This document shows, one piece after another, positions 33,577-40,245 of a DNA stretch of 40,790 nucleotides (positions within the stretch are counted from its first letter, which is position 1; each line of letters starts with the position of its first letter). A model generated the notes under the pieces. The model worked only from the letters and a program-made list of their open reading frames with translations, was not told the origin of the DNA and did no database searches. The DNA comes from a virus: the IMG/VR virus record IMGVR_UViG_2758568559_000001; one strand, 5' to 3'. The translations under genes and the position numbers were made by a program.

Positions 33577-34113
33577 TCACCTCATAAAATCCATTCTTAA
33601 GACTGCATTCACGGTCTTTCTTTCTTTGCATCTTTTTAGTTCTTTTTCAGTAATTCCAAATTCTTCCATGGTTAATGCAGCAGCTTGTGTTTCTAGTCCA
33701 GCTTCTTCCTGGAACATTAATATTGCCTCCATTGCGATTTCTTTATCCTTAGGCTTTTTAGTTTTATGAACAAGTGCTTCCATAAATGGCTGCTTGATTT
33801 GCTCTTTTCTTTTTTCTTCGTTAAATAAATGAACTACTTGGGCTAAATCTGTATTAAATAGGTCTTTATCGCTGGAGGCGGTGGGAACACCTAATAAGTA
33901 ATTAGCCACCATTGCTGAAAATTCTGGACTATTTAACCGTTTAGCAATTTCTGGTTGGATATATTTAGGTATCTCGCCTTCCTTCTTCCAGTTGGATAGT
34001 GCAGACTTAGTAATTCCAAGGTTCTTAGCAAAATCCGACTGTGTGTCAAAATTACTTTTTATTGTTTTGAAAAATTGGTCTACAATTTCAAATGGTTTTA
34101 TTATTTCTGACAT
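33577..34113 (-). CDS. HTH DNA-binding protein of the early operon (second gene after cro)
   Basis: The N-terminus ...QSDFAKNLGITKSALSNWKKEGEIP is a helix-turn-helix. 178 aa. Confidence 0.55.
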   Translation of the reverse strand: MSEIIKPFEIVDQFFKTIKSNFDTQSDFAKNLGITKSALSNWKKEGEIPKYIQPEIAKRLNSPEFSAMVANYLLGVPTASSDKDLFNTDLAQVVHLFNEEKRKEQIKQPFMEALVHKTKKPKDKEIAMEAILMFQEEAGLETQAAALTMEEFGITEKELKRCKERKTVNAVLRMDFMR

Positions 34114-34163
34114 TTAATGGCTCCCCTTATTGTATTTTTTGTACTTTACTATCTAGTAGTTCA

Positions 34164-34228
34164 GCACTATTAGTAATAACCTTTTTATTAGGAACTAGTT
34201 TTTAGTTTTATCATTACTATTTGTAATA
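34164..34228. promoter_or_regulatory. Two distal copies of the 15-bp operator (34164-34178 AGCACTATTAGTAAT; 34214-34228 ATTACTATTTGTAAT)
   Basis: Same half-site pattern as the switch-region operators. One copy lies in the cro 3' end and one in the gap downstream of cro. Confidence 0.5.
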
Positions 34229-34416
34229 GGATCACCAAAAAACAGGATTCCCACGGTTGTATTAAAATATTTAGCCATCTGAATTTTCATTTTATCTGAT
34301 ACTCCCTTCCTTCCTTGCTCAGCTTGTGCGTAAGTAGAAATGGATATTCCTAAATTATTAGCAACTTCTTGCTGAGTTTGATTAAGCTGTTTTCTATAAT
34401 GTTTTAATTTACTCAT
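34195..34416 (-). CDS. Cro-like XRE-family HTH regulator
   Basis: 73 aa. LNQTQQEVANNLGISISTYAQAEQGRK is an XRE HTH. Divergent from the cI-like gene. Confidence 0.8.
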   Translation of the reverse strand: MSKLKHYRKQLNQTQQEVANNLGISISTYAQAEQGRKGVSDKMKIQMAKYFNTTVGILFFGDPITNSNDKTKN

Positions 34417-34446
34417 TTTTTCACCTCCTATTACTTTATGTAATAA

Positions 34447-34475
34447 ATAATACTATTACTAATAGTAATAGTCAA
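34447..34475 (-). promoter_or_regulatory. Early lytic promoter (cro side): -35 TTGACT, 17-nt spacer, -10 TATTAT
   Basis: The minus strand reads TTGACT-attactattagtaatag-TATTAT. The spacer is the perfect palindromic operator. Confidence 0.65.
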
Positions 34476-34529
34476 CACTATTTGTAATATTTTTTTATTT
34501 TTATGTTTTCAACTATTACTTTTTGTGAT
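34455..34529. promoter_or_regulatory. Three operator copies in the cI/cro intergenic region (34455-34469 ATTACTAATAGTAAT, a perfect palindrome; 34474-34488 AACACTATTTGTAAT; 34515-34529 ATTACTTTTTGTGAT)
   Basis: Repeated 15-mers of the form ATTACTA-N-T-N-GTAAT, seen directly in the sequence. Confidence 0.65.
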
Positions 34530-34553
34530 ACCTTATACACAAGGAGAGCTGAC

Positions 34554-35000
34554 ATGACAACGGGCGAACGCATTTCAGAATTAAGATTAAAATTTGGATA
34601 TTCTCAACCTAAACTAGCGGAAAAATTAAATGTTAGTCAAAGTACTGTAGCTATGTGGGAATCTAATAAACGCAATGTTAATAATCAGGATTTAGTGCGT
34701 TTAGCTGACTTATTTAATGTTTCAACAGATTATTTGTTAGGTAAGACTAATAAAAAGCATTACTATGATTTAACAAATAAAGAACGCATTGACTTAGGTA
34801 AATTAGCAGATGAAATGTTAGCTGGTACTACTAATGAAGCCGAGGCTGATTTTTGGGGAGAGCCATCAACACAAGAACAAAAAAGTAATTTACGCACCGC
34901 AATTTTAACTGCCCTTGAGATAAATAAAACACAAGCAAAAAAGAAGTTTACACCAAAGAAATATCGTGATAATGATAATAATAATGTAAGCAATTCTTAA
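34554..35000 (+). CDS. cI-like / ImmR-like XRE-family repressor
   Basis: ATG 34554 with SD AAGGAGAG. MTTGERISELRLKFGYSQPKLAEKLNVSQSTVAMWESNKRNV...LADLFNVSTDYLLGK. The track start at 34503 lacks an SD. Confidence 0.8.
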   Translation: MTTGERISELRLKFGYSQPKLAEKLNVSQSTVAMWESNKRNVNNQDLVRLADLFNVSTDYLLGKTNKKHYYDLTNKERIDLGKLADEMLAGTTNEAEADFWGEPSTQEQKSNLRTAILTALEINKTQAKKKFTPKKYRDNDNNNVSNS

Positions 35001-35015
35001 GGGCTGGTGTAGTAA

Positions 35016-35447
35016 ATGTCGTATAATCAATCAATTTATGAATTATTAAGTAAAGTATATAAAAAGGTACATTCTTTTGATCCTTTTATAATCGCTAAAT
35101 ATTATGACTACAATATTATTTATCAAAATATTGGGCCATATACATTAGGAACGCGGATCCAATCATTTAGACGAACAACAATAATTTTAGATAGAAACCT
35201 AAAGGGAGCTGAACAACTACTGGTGCCATTGCATGAAATTAAGCATTGTATAGCTGATAAAGGGGTTGGGACTCCATTTTTGCGGAAATATTCTAGCTTT
35301 GTTCCTATATCAAAACGGGAAGCCACTGCTAATATTTTTGCAATGAATGCGCTTATAAACTTATATTCTTATGATTTAGATAATTTAACAAACTATCAAA
35401 TTTGTGACTACTTTAACTTAGATTATTACTGGAGCAATTTTATTTAA
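35016..35447 (+). CDS. immA: ImmA/IrrE-family zinc metallopeptidase (anti-repressor protease)
   Basis: HEXXH motif in LVPLHEIKHCIAD. Lies directly downstream of the XRE repressor, as in ImmR/ImmA pairs. Confidence 0.65.
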   Translation: MSYNQSIYELLSKVYKKVHSFDPFIIAKYYDYNIIYQNIGPYTLGTRIQSFRRTTIILDRNLKGAEQLLVPLHEIKHCIADKGVGTPFLRKYSSFVPISKREATANIFAMNALINLYSYDLDNLTNYQICDYFNLDYYWSNFI

Positions 35448-35521
35448 AAGATAAGTTCAAAGCCCAAACACTGATTGGCTATAAAAGCTGTATAATTTAC
35501 ATATAGGGGGATCATTTATCA

Positions 35522-36376
35522 ATGAGAAAATTTAATAATAATAACAATAATCAACCTAATAATGGGTATCCACCTAATAATGGGTATCCACCTAATAATC
35601 AACAATATCCTAACTATAATGGCAATTATCAGCAGCCACAGCAACCCAATGGCAATTATAATCAGCAAGGTTATTACCAACAGCCTAATGGTTATCAATA
35701 TTCAAATGGTGGGTATCAACAACCACCACAAAAGCCTAAAAAACCTTTTTATAAAAAATGGTGGTTTTGGCTGCTGGCTGTTGTTTTAATTTTATTTATT
35801 ACAGCAGGGATAGGTTCTGGTTCTTCATCAAAGCAAAATAAAAGTTCCAGTAATTCAAAAACCGAAAATGTACAGAAAAAAGAAAAAAATCCAAAAGCAA
35901 ATGGTCCTAGCCTAGAAGATTATAAAGCCATACAGCTTGGAGAAAATAACGGCACTAGTGAAAGTGAACTAGAATCTAAATTCGGCAAGCCCTCTACAAC
36001 ATCTAGTCAGACAATACAAAATGTTAAGGCCGAAGAAAAAATCTGGGATAAAATTCAAGGTGGAGACTTTGGCGGTAATTTTTCTGTAGGATTTTCCAAT
36101 GGTAAAGCAATTTCAAAAACTATTACTGGCCTAAAAGTACAGAGAAATAAAAAAGTTTCATTGCAGGATTTTAATACAATCCAAAATGGACAGAGTAAAG
36201 AAGAAATATTTAACAAGTTTGGCAAACCAAACCAGTATTCAGAAAGTAAAGTCGGTAATCAATCAAGCGAAATGGATTCATTTACTTCAAATATCAAAGG
36301 AGAAACTGGAGCTAACTTTAATGTTACCTTTACGAACGGAAAAGTTAGCGGAAAGTCTCAAACGTCAATGAAATAG
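35522..36376 (+). CDS. Membrane-anchored protein with an N/Q/P/Y-rich N-terminus and two extracellular DUF3862-like repeats (superinfection-exclusion candidate)
   Basis: Low-complexity N-terminus NNGYPPNNGYPPNNQQYPNYNGNYQQPQQ, then the TM helix WWFWLLAVVLILFITAGIG. Two similar modules follow (LEDYKAIQLGENNGTSESELESKFGKP / LQDFNTIQNGQSKEEIFNKFGKP). Located in the lysogeny operon. Confidence 0.6.
   Translation: MRKFNNNNNNQPNNGYPPNNGYPPNNQQYPNYNGNYQQPQQPNGNYNQQGYYQQPNGYQYSNGGYQQPPQKPKKPFYKKWWFWLLAVVLILFITAGIGSGSSSKQNKSSSNSKTENVQKKEKNPKANGPSLEDYKAIQLGENNGTSESELESKFGKPSTTSSQTIQNVKAEEKIWDKIQGGDFGGNFSVGFSNGKAISKTITGLKVQRNKKVSLQDFNTIQNGQSKEEIFNKFGKPNQYSESKVGNQSSEMDSFTSNIKGETGANFNVTFTNGKVSGKSQTSMK
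35555..35599. repeat. 2.5 tandem copies of the 18-bp unit CCTAATAATGGGTATCCA (encodes the PNNGYP repeats)
   Basis: Exact repeat seen in the sequence. Confidence 0.9.
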
Positions 36377-36396
36377 TGGTTTATATAATAACAATA

Positions 36397-36417
36397 AGTC
36401 CCTTTGGGGGCTTTTTT
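36397..36417 (+). terminator. Intrinsic terminator of the lysogeny operon
   Basis: AGTCCC TTTG GGGGCT followed by a T-run, 20 nt after the stop at 36376. Confidence 0.6.
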
Positions 36418-36511
36418 ATTATCAAGAAAAAGAACGTGTAAAAATGAACAAGTAGTATTTAAGCACCTCAGTATAAAAAGGTCAACCATAAATGGCCATA
36501 TTTTTTTAATA

Positions 36512-36542
36512 ATTGACAAATTGTCAATAAAATGAATAATAT
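36512..36542 (+). promoter_or_regulatory. Promoter with an overlapping palindromic operator for the second repressor gene
   Basis: -35 TTGACA (36513-36518) lies inside the palindrome ATTGACA-AAT-TGTCAAT (36512-36528). -10 TAATAT is at 36537-36542. Confidence 0.6.
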
Positions 36543-36563
36543 ACTGTTCGGAGGTAATTTTTA

Positions 36564-37244
36564 ATGCTTAGAACAGCCCAAGAAATTGCAGAAATTGTTA
36601 AATATCAAGAAGAATTACAAAATTTATCTAATGCAAAATTAGCAAAAGAACTCAATATTACAAATTCTGCACTAACTAGGTATTTCAACGGTGAAAGGAA
36701 AATCCCTTATGACTTGCTGCAAAAGCTGGCTGATACTTTAAAAGTACCAGTGGAGTATTTAATTTTAAAAAATGTTTCTAAAACGTCTGATTCTTATACA
36801 GAGTTGAATTATTTTGATATTGAAGATAATTCTAATTACAGTTATAAAAAAGCTAATATTTTATATGACGAAAAGGCTAGTAAAAAAATATTAATCCCAA
36901 ATGTTACTTTGGGTGATTATGCAGGCGTGAAAGATATATGTATTTTTAAAATGAACGCTAGCTCCCTAGACCATATCATGCCTAATACTGTTACTGTGGC
37001 AGTGAAACAAGTAAAGACGGAAGACTTAAAAGATGGTGATATAGTGGTTTTCCAAAACTGCCACGGTATCGATATTAGATTGTTTTTTAATGACAAAAGG
37101 GCTAAGATTATATCTTTTGTCCCTCGGACTACCGACAAAACTAAAGAACGTTATAATTATTTATATAAAGACTCCTGGCATTTTAATATAATCGGCAAGG
37201 TTGTACTTCATACAACACAAACCAGGAACCCTATAGATGAATAA
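36564..37244 (+). CDS. Second repressor: XRE HTH fused to an S24 (LexA/CI-like) C-terminal domain
   Basis: The N-terminus has LSNAKLAKELNITNSALTRYFNGERK. The C-terminus FKMNASSLDHIMPNTVTVAVKQ...LKDGDIVVF...IIGKVV follows the S24 layout, with the usual GDSM replaced by NASSL. Confidence 0.65.
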   Translation: MLRTAQEIAEIVKYQEELQNLSNAKLAKELNITNSALTRYFNGERKIPYDLLQKLADTLKVPVEYLILKNVSKTSDSYTELNYFDIEDNSNYSYKKANILYDEKASKKILIPNVTLGDYAGVKDICIFKMNASSLDHIMPNTVTVAVKQVKTEDLKDGDIVVFQNCHGIDIRLFFNDKRAKIISFVPRTTDKTKERYNYLYKDSWHFNIIGKVVLHTTQTRNPIDE

Positions 37245-37270
37245 AGCCCCACTCATTGAAGAGTGAGGCT
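37245..37270. terminator. Hairpin between convergent genes (possible bidirectional terminator)
   Basis: 10-bp stem AGCCCCACTC / GAGTGAGGCT with one mismatch and loop ATTGAA. U-tracts are weak on both sides. Confidence 0.4.
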
Positions 37271-37325
37271 ATATTTATGATTAAATATAGTTAATATATT
37301 TAGTATAGCGAATATATTTAATATA

Positions 37326-37622
37326 TTATTTCTTGCCTTTCATTCTAACATCTCTATCCTCTAAAGTTTCAATTTGAAATTTTAATCTGCGCTTATCTTC
37401 ATTTGGTAAAGAATTGATTAAATAATCTAGTGCTTCATCTATAGCTTCTTTCTGTGATTTATATAATCCAATGGCAGATAAAGCTTCAGCCTTATTCTTA
37501 ATATGATTATTTATTCTAACGTTTGCATAGAAAGTCACTCGATCTTTTTTACTATCATGTTCTGGTTCTATTTTTTCTAATGATATTTTGCCGTTGATTT
37601 TATAAGTGCCATCTTTAGTCAT
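37326..37622 (-). CDS. Small DNA-binding-like protein, paralog C of the parA-operon trio
   Basis: The likely start is ATG 37622 (SD GGAAGAG). YKINGKISLEKIE... and VRINNHIKNKAEALSA...EAIDEALDYLINSLP are collinear with the two upstream proteins. The track start at 37658 has no SD. Confidence 0.55.
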   Translation of the reverse strand: MTKDGTYKINGKISLEKIEPEHDSKKDRVTFYANVRINNHIKNKAEALSAIGLYKSQKEAIDEALDYLINSLPNEDKRRLKFQIETLEDRDVRMKGKK

Positions 37623-37920
37623 CTTTATCACTCTTCCAATTTTTAATTGCCTCAACATTATTTCTTATTAATTTTTTGTTTTGGGGTGGTAAATGTTGAA
37701 TGTATTCTTCCACTATATCAGTAACTACTTCATGCATTTTTTTATTCTCAATATTTGAAATAGTAGAAATAGCAGAATGAGTATCTAATGGAAGTCTTAT
37801 TGATTTTGGTAAATCTTTAGAAGCTAAACGTTTTTTTGGGTGTTCTAATATGTTTTGGGAATCATTATTTTCATCGATACATATTTTCCCATTTATTGTA
37901 AAATTTTTAAATTTATCCAT
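37615..37920 (-). CDS. Small DNA-binding-like protein, paralog B of the parA-operon trio
   Basis: 101 aa. FTINGKICIDEN... and IRLPLDTHSAISTIS...VVTDIVEEYIQHLP. Confidence 0.55.
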   Translation of the reverse strand: MDKFKNFTINGKICIDENNDSQNILEHPKKRLASKDLPKSIRLPLDTHSAISTISNIENKKMHEVVTDIVEEYIQHLPPQNKKLIRNNVEAIKNWKSDKDD

Positions 37921-37944
37921 ACCATTATCCCTTATCGTATAAAA

Positions 37945-38289
37945 TTATTTATTTTTAAGTTTATATTCTAATTTATCTTTCTGCTCTAGCATGTCTAAGA
38001 AGTCTTGATATACTTCCAGTCCTTGTGGAGTCATACTATCTAAGAAACTTTCTATTAGTATTGAAACCATTTCACTAGCCGTTCTTTTATCAGCAGTAGC
38101 TCTTGCTAAAGCGAGAACAGCATTTCTAGTATGGTTGTCTACTCGCATATTAACATCAAATGTTGGTACAGCTGGTGAAGGTTTATTGCTAAATCCTGCC
38201 TCGCTTCTAGATATTTGTTTTGCCTTAATAGTAACTTTTTTATCTGGATCTTTACTATTATCATTATTATGATTTAATAAATTACTCAT
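37945..38289 (-). CDS. Putative centromere-binding partner of ParA (ParG/RHH-like), paralog A
   Basis: 114 aa. The start abuts the parA stop. It has a disordered basic N-terminus followed by MRVDNHTRNAVLALARATADKRTASEMVSILIESFLDSM (strand-helix-helix-like). Confidence 0.55.
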   Translation of the reverse strand: MSNLLNHNNDNSKDPDKKVTIKAKQISRSEAGFSNKPSPAVPTFDVNMRVDNHTRNAVLALARATADKRTASEMVSILIESFLDSMTPQGLEVYQDFLDMLEQKDKLEYKLKNK

Positions 38290-39087
38290 TTATTTACCTG
38301 CCCTTTGTAATAATTCTTCAGCTACTGCTTGATATGTTGAATGTGTCGCCTTATCCCAAACTGATTTAGGATTTTCGGTAATTCCTGTCATATCATATCT
38401 TTTTACTCTTTCCATTGCTGTTATTACATTATCAAAAATATTATCCTCTCCAAATTCTTTTATAGCAGTTTTTAAAACACTATTATCAATTTTGGATTGT
38501 CCTTTAGTAAGAACAGGCAAAATACCCAATATATCAACCTTTGAATTGAATTCATCAATCAAATTAGTTTGAATATAAGTTAAAAAACTTCTAGCGCCTA
38601 ATAAGGCTCTTTGCTGAGTTTGAAGCATTATTATAATTCTATCGCATGCCATAAATGCATTATCATTAGTTAAACTAAAAGTAGGGCTTACATCTAAGAA
38701 TATAAAGTCAAAATCGTTTTTAATAGGTGCAATTGAATTGGCTAAGTAAGAAACTTTATCCTTTTCGGGTATATCTTGTTTATCAACCCATCTGCTAAAT
38801 AAATTCATATCAGCTGCAGCAGGAATTAATGACAGATTTTGTTTAATTTCTATTAATCCATCTGTTATTTTTCTATTATTAATTAATAACGCAAATAATG
38901 AAGGATCAATTACTACATCACTATTTTCCTGGCTTTTTGTTTTTAACATAAGATCAGTTAAATTTGCTTGTGGGTCACAATCTATTAATAATATTTTATA
39001 GCCCATAGAAGCCAATTCCCATCCTAAAAGTGCTGTGGTTGAAGTTTTCCCAGTACCGCCTTTTTCATTTGCACAACTAATAATCAT
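38290..39087 (-). CDS. parA: ParA-family partition ATPase (type Ib-like)
   Basis: Deviant Walker A NEKGGTGKTST, LIDCDPQANLT and FIFLDVSP. 265 aa. SD GGGAGGG. Confidence 0.9.
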   Translation of the reverse strand: MIISCANEKGGTGKTSTTALLGWELASMGYKILLIDCDPQANLTDLMLKTKSQENSDVVIDPSLFALLINNRKITDGLIEIKQNLSLIPAAADMNLFSRWVDKQDIPEKDKVSYLANSIAPIKNDFDFIFLDVSPTFSLTNDNAFMACDRIIIMLQTQQRALLGARSFLTYIQTNLIDEFNSKVDILGILPVLTKGQSKIDNSVLKTAIKEFGEDNIFDNVITAMERVKRYDMTGITENPKSVWDKATHSTYQAVAEELLQRAGK

Positions 39088-39100
39088 ATTTTTCCCTCCC

Positions 39101-39287
39101 GTATACCGTATACTGTATTCTGTGTACTGTGTTCAGTATACCATATACAGTGAACCGTGTACCTAAAAACTGATTATTATTTTATCAGCCATTATTAGTC
39201 TATTTTATAGTGTACTGTATATTGTTTACTATGTACTGTATACCGTATACTGTATATTGTTTACTGTACACTGTGTACGGTGTACGG
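39101..39287. repeat. Centromere-like (parS/parC) array of GTAC/ATAC-TGT heptamer iterons in two blocks flanking the putative parA promoter
   Basis: Block A is 39101-39163 (GTATACCGTATACTGTATTCTGTGTACTGTG...). Block B is 39209-39287 and contains a 35-bp-spaced duplicate of CTGTATATTGTTTACT (39215 and 39250). Between the blocks, on the minus strand, lies TAGACT-17 nt-TAATAA. Confidence 0.65.
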
Positions 39288-39331
39288 GAGTTTTTGCAAT
39301 TTATAGCTATCTGTATTATAATTATGATAAA

Positions 39332-39357
39332 TAAAAAAGCCCTGGAATTAATCCAGG
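39332..39357 (-). terminator. Intrinsic terminator for leftward transcription, insulating the par promoter
   Basis: CCTGGA ATTAA TCCAGG. On the minus strand it is followed by GCTTTTTTATTT. Confidence 0.55.
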
Positions 39358-39360
39358 ACT

Positions 39361-39798
39361 TCATAAAAAGAAAAAACGCACCTAACTCACAATTAGGAAC
39401 GCTACACTCATCCATATGTAGCTTTATTATACAACGTCTTCTCTGCGTTGTAAATAGCGTTGATTTCAAAAACTGCAGGAGACAAGCTGCAAGAGAGAAA
39501 CTCTAAATCAGCTTTAGGTGAATTGAAGCTTAGGACAGCCGCTGATTGTGAGTTTTAAAAAGTAGACAGGCAGGTCATCTACCCGCCATTTCAAAAAGAA
39601 AATTAGGTAGTCACTGGGTGATTCACTCTCACCTGGTGGCTAAGTTCAGCGCTAACTTGCAGACTGAGAAGCTGCTAACTAATAGCGTGGGTGGTAAAAC
39701 GATTTGCCAGTGCATTTCAGCTGGTTAAATGGTATTAACATGAATTCATATTCGAACCAAAGAAAATAAGAGTATGACGCCGATAAGGGCGTTTTTTT
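39361..39798 (+). ncRNA. Candidate structured non-coding RNA (family unknown)
   Basis: There is no ORF. The region is visibly GC-richer than the surrounding spacers. It contains a chain of hairpins (39381/39397, 39401/39422, 39431/39451, 39474/39491, 39617/39633, 39639/39660) and ends in a clean intrinsic terminator. Confidence 0.3.
39777..39798 (+). terminator. Intrinsic terminator (plus strand)
   Basis: ACGCC GATAAG GGCGT followed by T7. An alternative overlapping hairpin is CCGATAA...TTATCGG. Confidence 0.6.
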
Positions 39799-40144
39799 AT
39801 CGGAAAAAACACAGTTTTTAGAATGTTAATGATTAGAAATAATCGCAAATGAGTGACAACTGACGGGCTTTGTCGACCGACGAGCAAATCAGAATTTGTA
39901 TCTTTGCAAAAACAAGGGTACAAATCTGCCTTCAAAACTTAATCTCCCTCTAAGCAAATCAGAAAGTTCTTTATAAGTCAAGTATTTAATTAAGTTTTTT
40001 GTTATTTAGTTAGATAGTCAGGCAGCTGTTTTAGAGTTATGGACAGTTGAAAAATAGAAATCTCTTAAAAAGTTATCCACTGTGGAAAAAGTTTTTTGAA
40101 CCACTGGGTTTTAAGAATAGATTTTTTAATTAAGATTGTTTATT

Positions 40145-40227
40145 TGTATTATAAAAGTGTACTTTATAGACACATTGAAACTAAAATCATTTATGGATAT
40201 GATTATTGTATTATAAATGTTGTCTAT
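40145..40227. promoter_or_regulatory. res-like recombinase binding region / recombinase promoter
   Basis: 28-bp imperfect palindrome TGTATTATA-N10-TTATAGACA at 40145-40172. A second TTGTATTATAAATGT copy is at 40206-40220, followed by TGTCTAT at 40221-40227. It sits directly upstream of the recombinase ATG. Confidence 0.4.
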
Positions 40228-40245
40228 TGAAGTGGGGAATCGTAA

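Noticed and set aside
39200-39506. ORFs of 89 aa (minus) and 98 aa (plus) across the centromere-like array
   Set aside because: Their sequences are dominated by translation of the GTAC/TGT iterons (MYCILFTMYCIPYTVYC...). They have no SD and both strands are open. These are repeat artefacts.
39361-39798. Type I toxin-antitoxin or preQ1 riboswitch in the structured spacer
   Set aside because: I found no small hydrophobic ORF with an SD; the 28-aa MHWQIVLPP... candidate lacks an RBS. The queT gene has no upstream leader at all because it abuts dpdA, and this segment is not followed by a gene it could regulate.
39735-39935. 66-aa minus-strand ORF in the 39.3-40.2 kb spacer
   Set aside because: It has no SD, crosses the plus-strand terminator hairpin, and is Cys/Phe/Arg-rich and implausible as a protein. 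The region is better treated as non-coding.
40073-40081. DnaA-box-like TTATCCACT as evidence for a chromosomal-type origin
   Set aside because: It is a single 8/9 match with no cluster of boxes and no adjacent AT-rich unwinding repeats of the usual kind. It is likely to have arisen by chance in AT-rich DNA.
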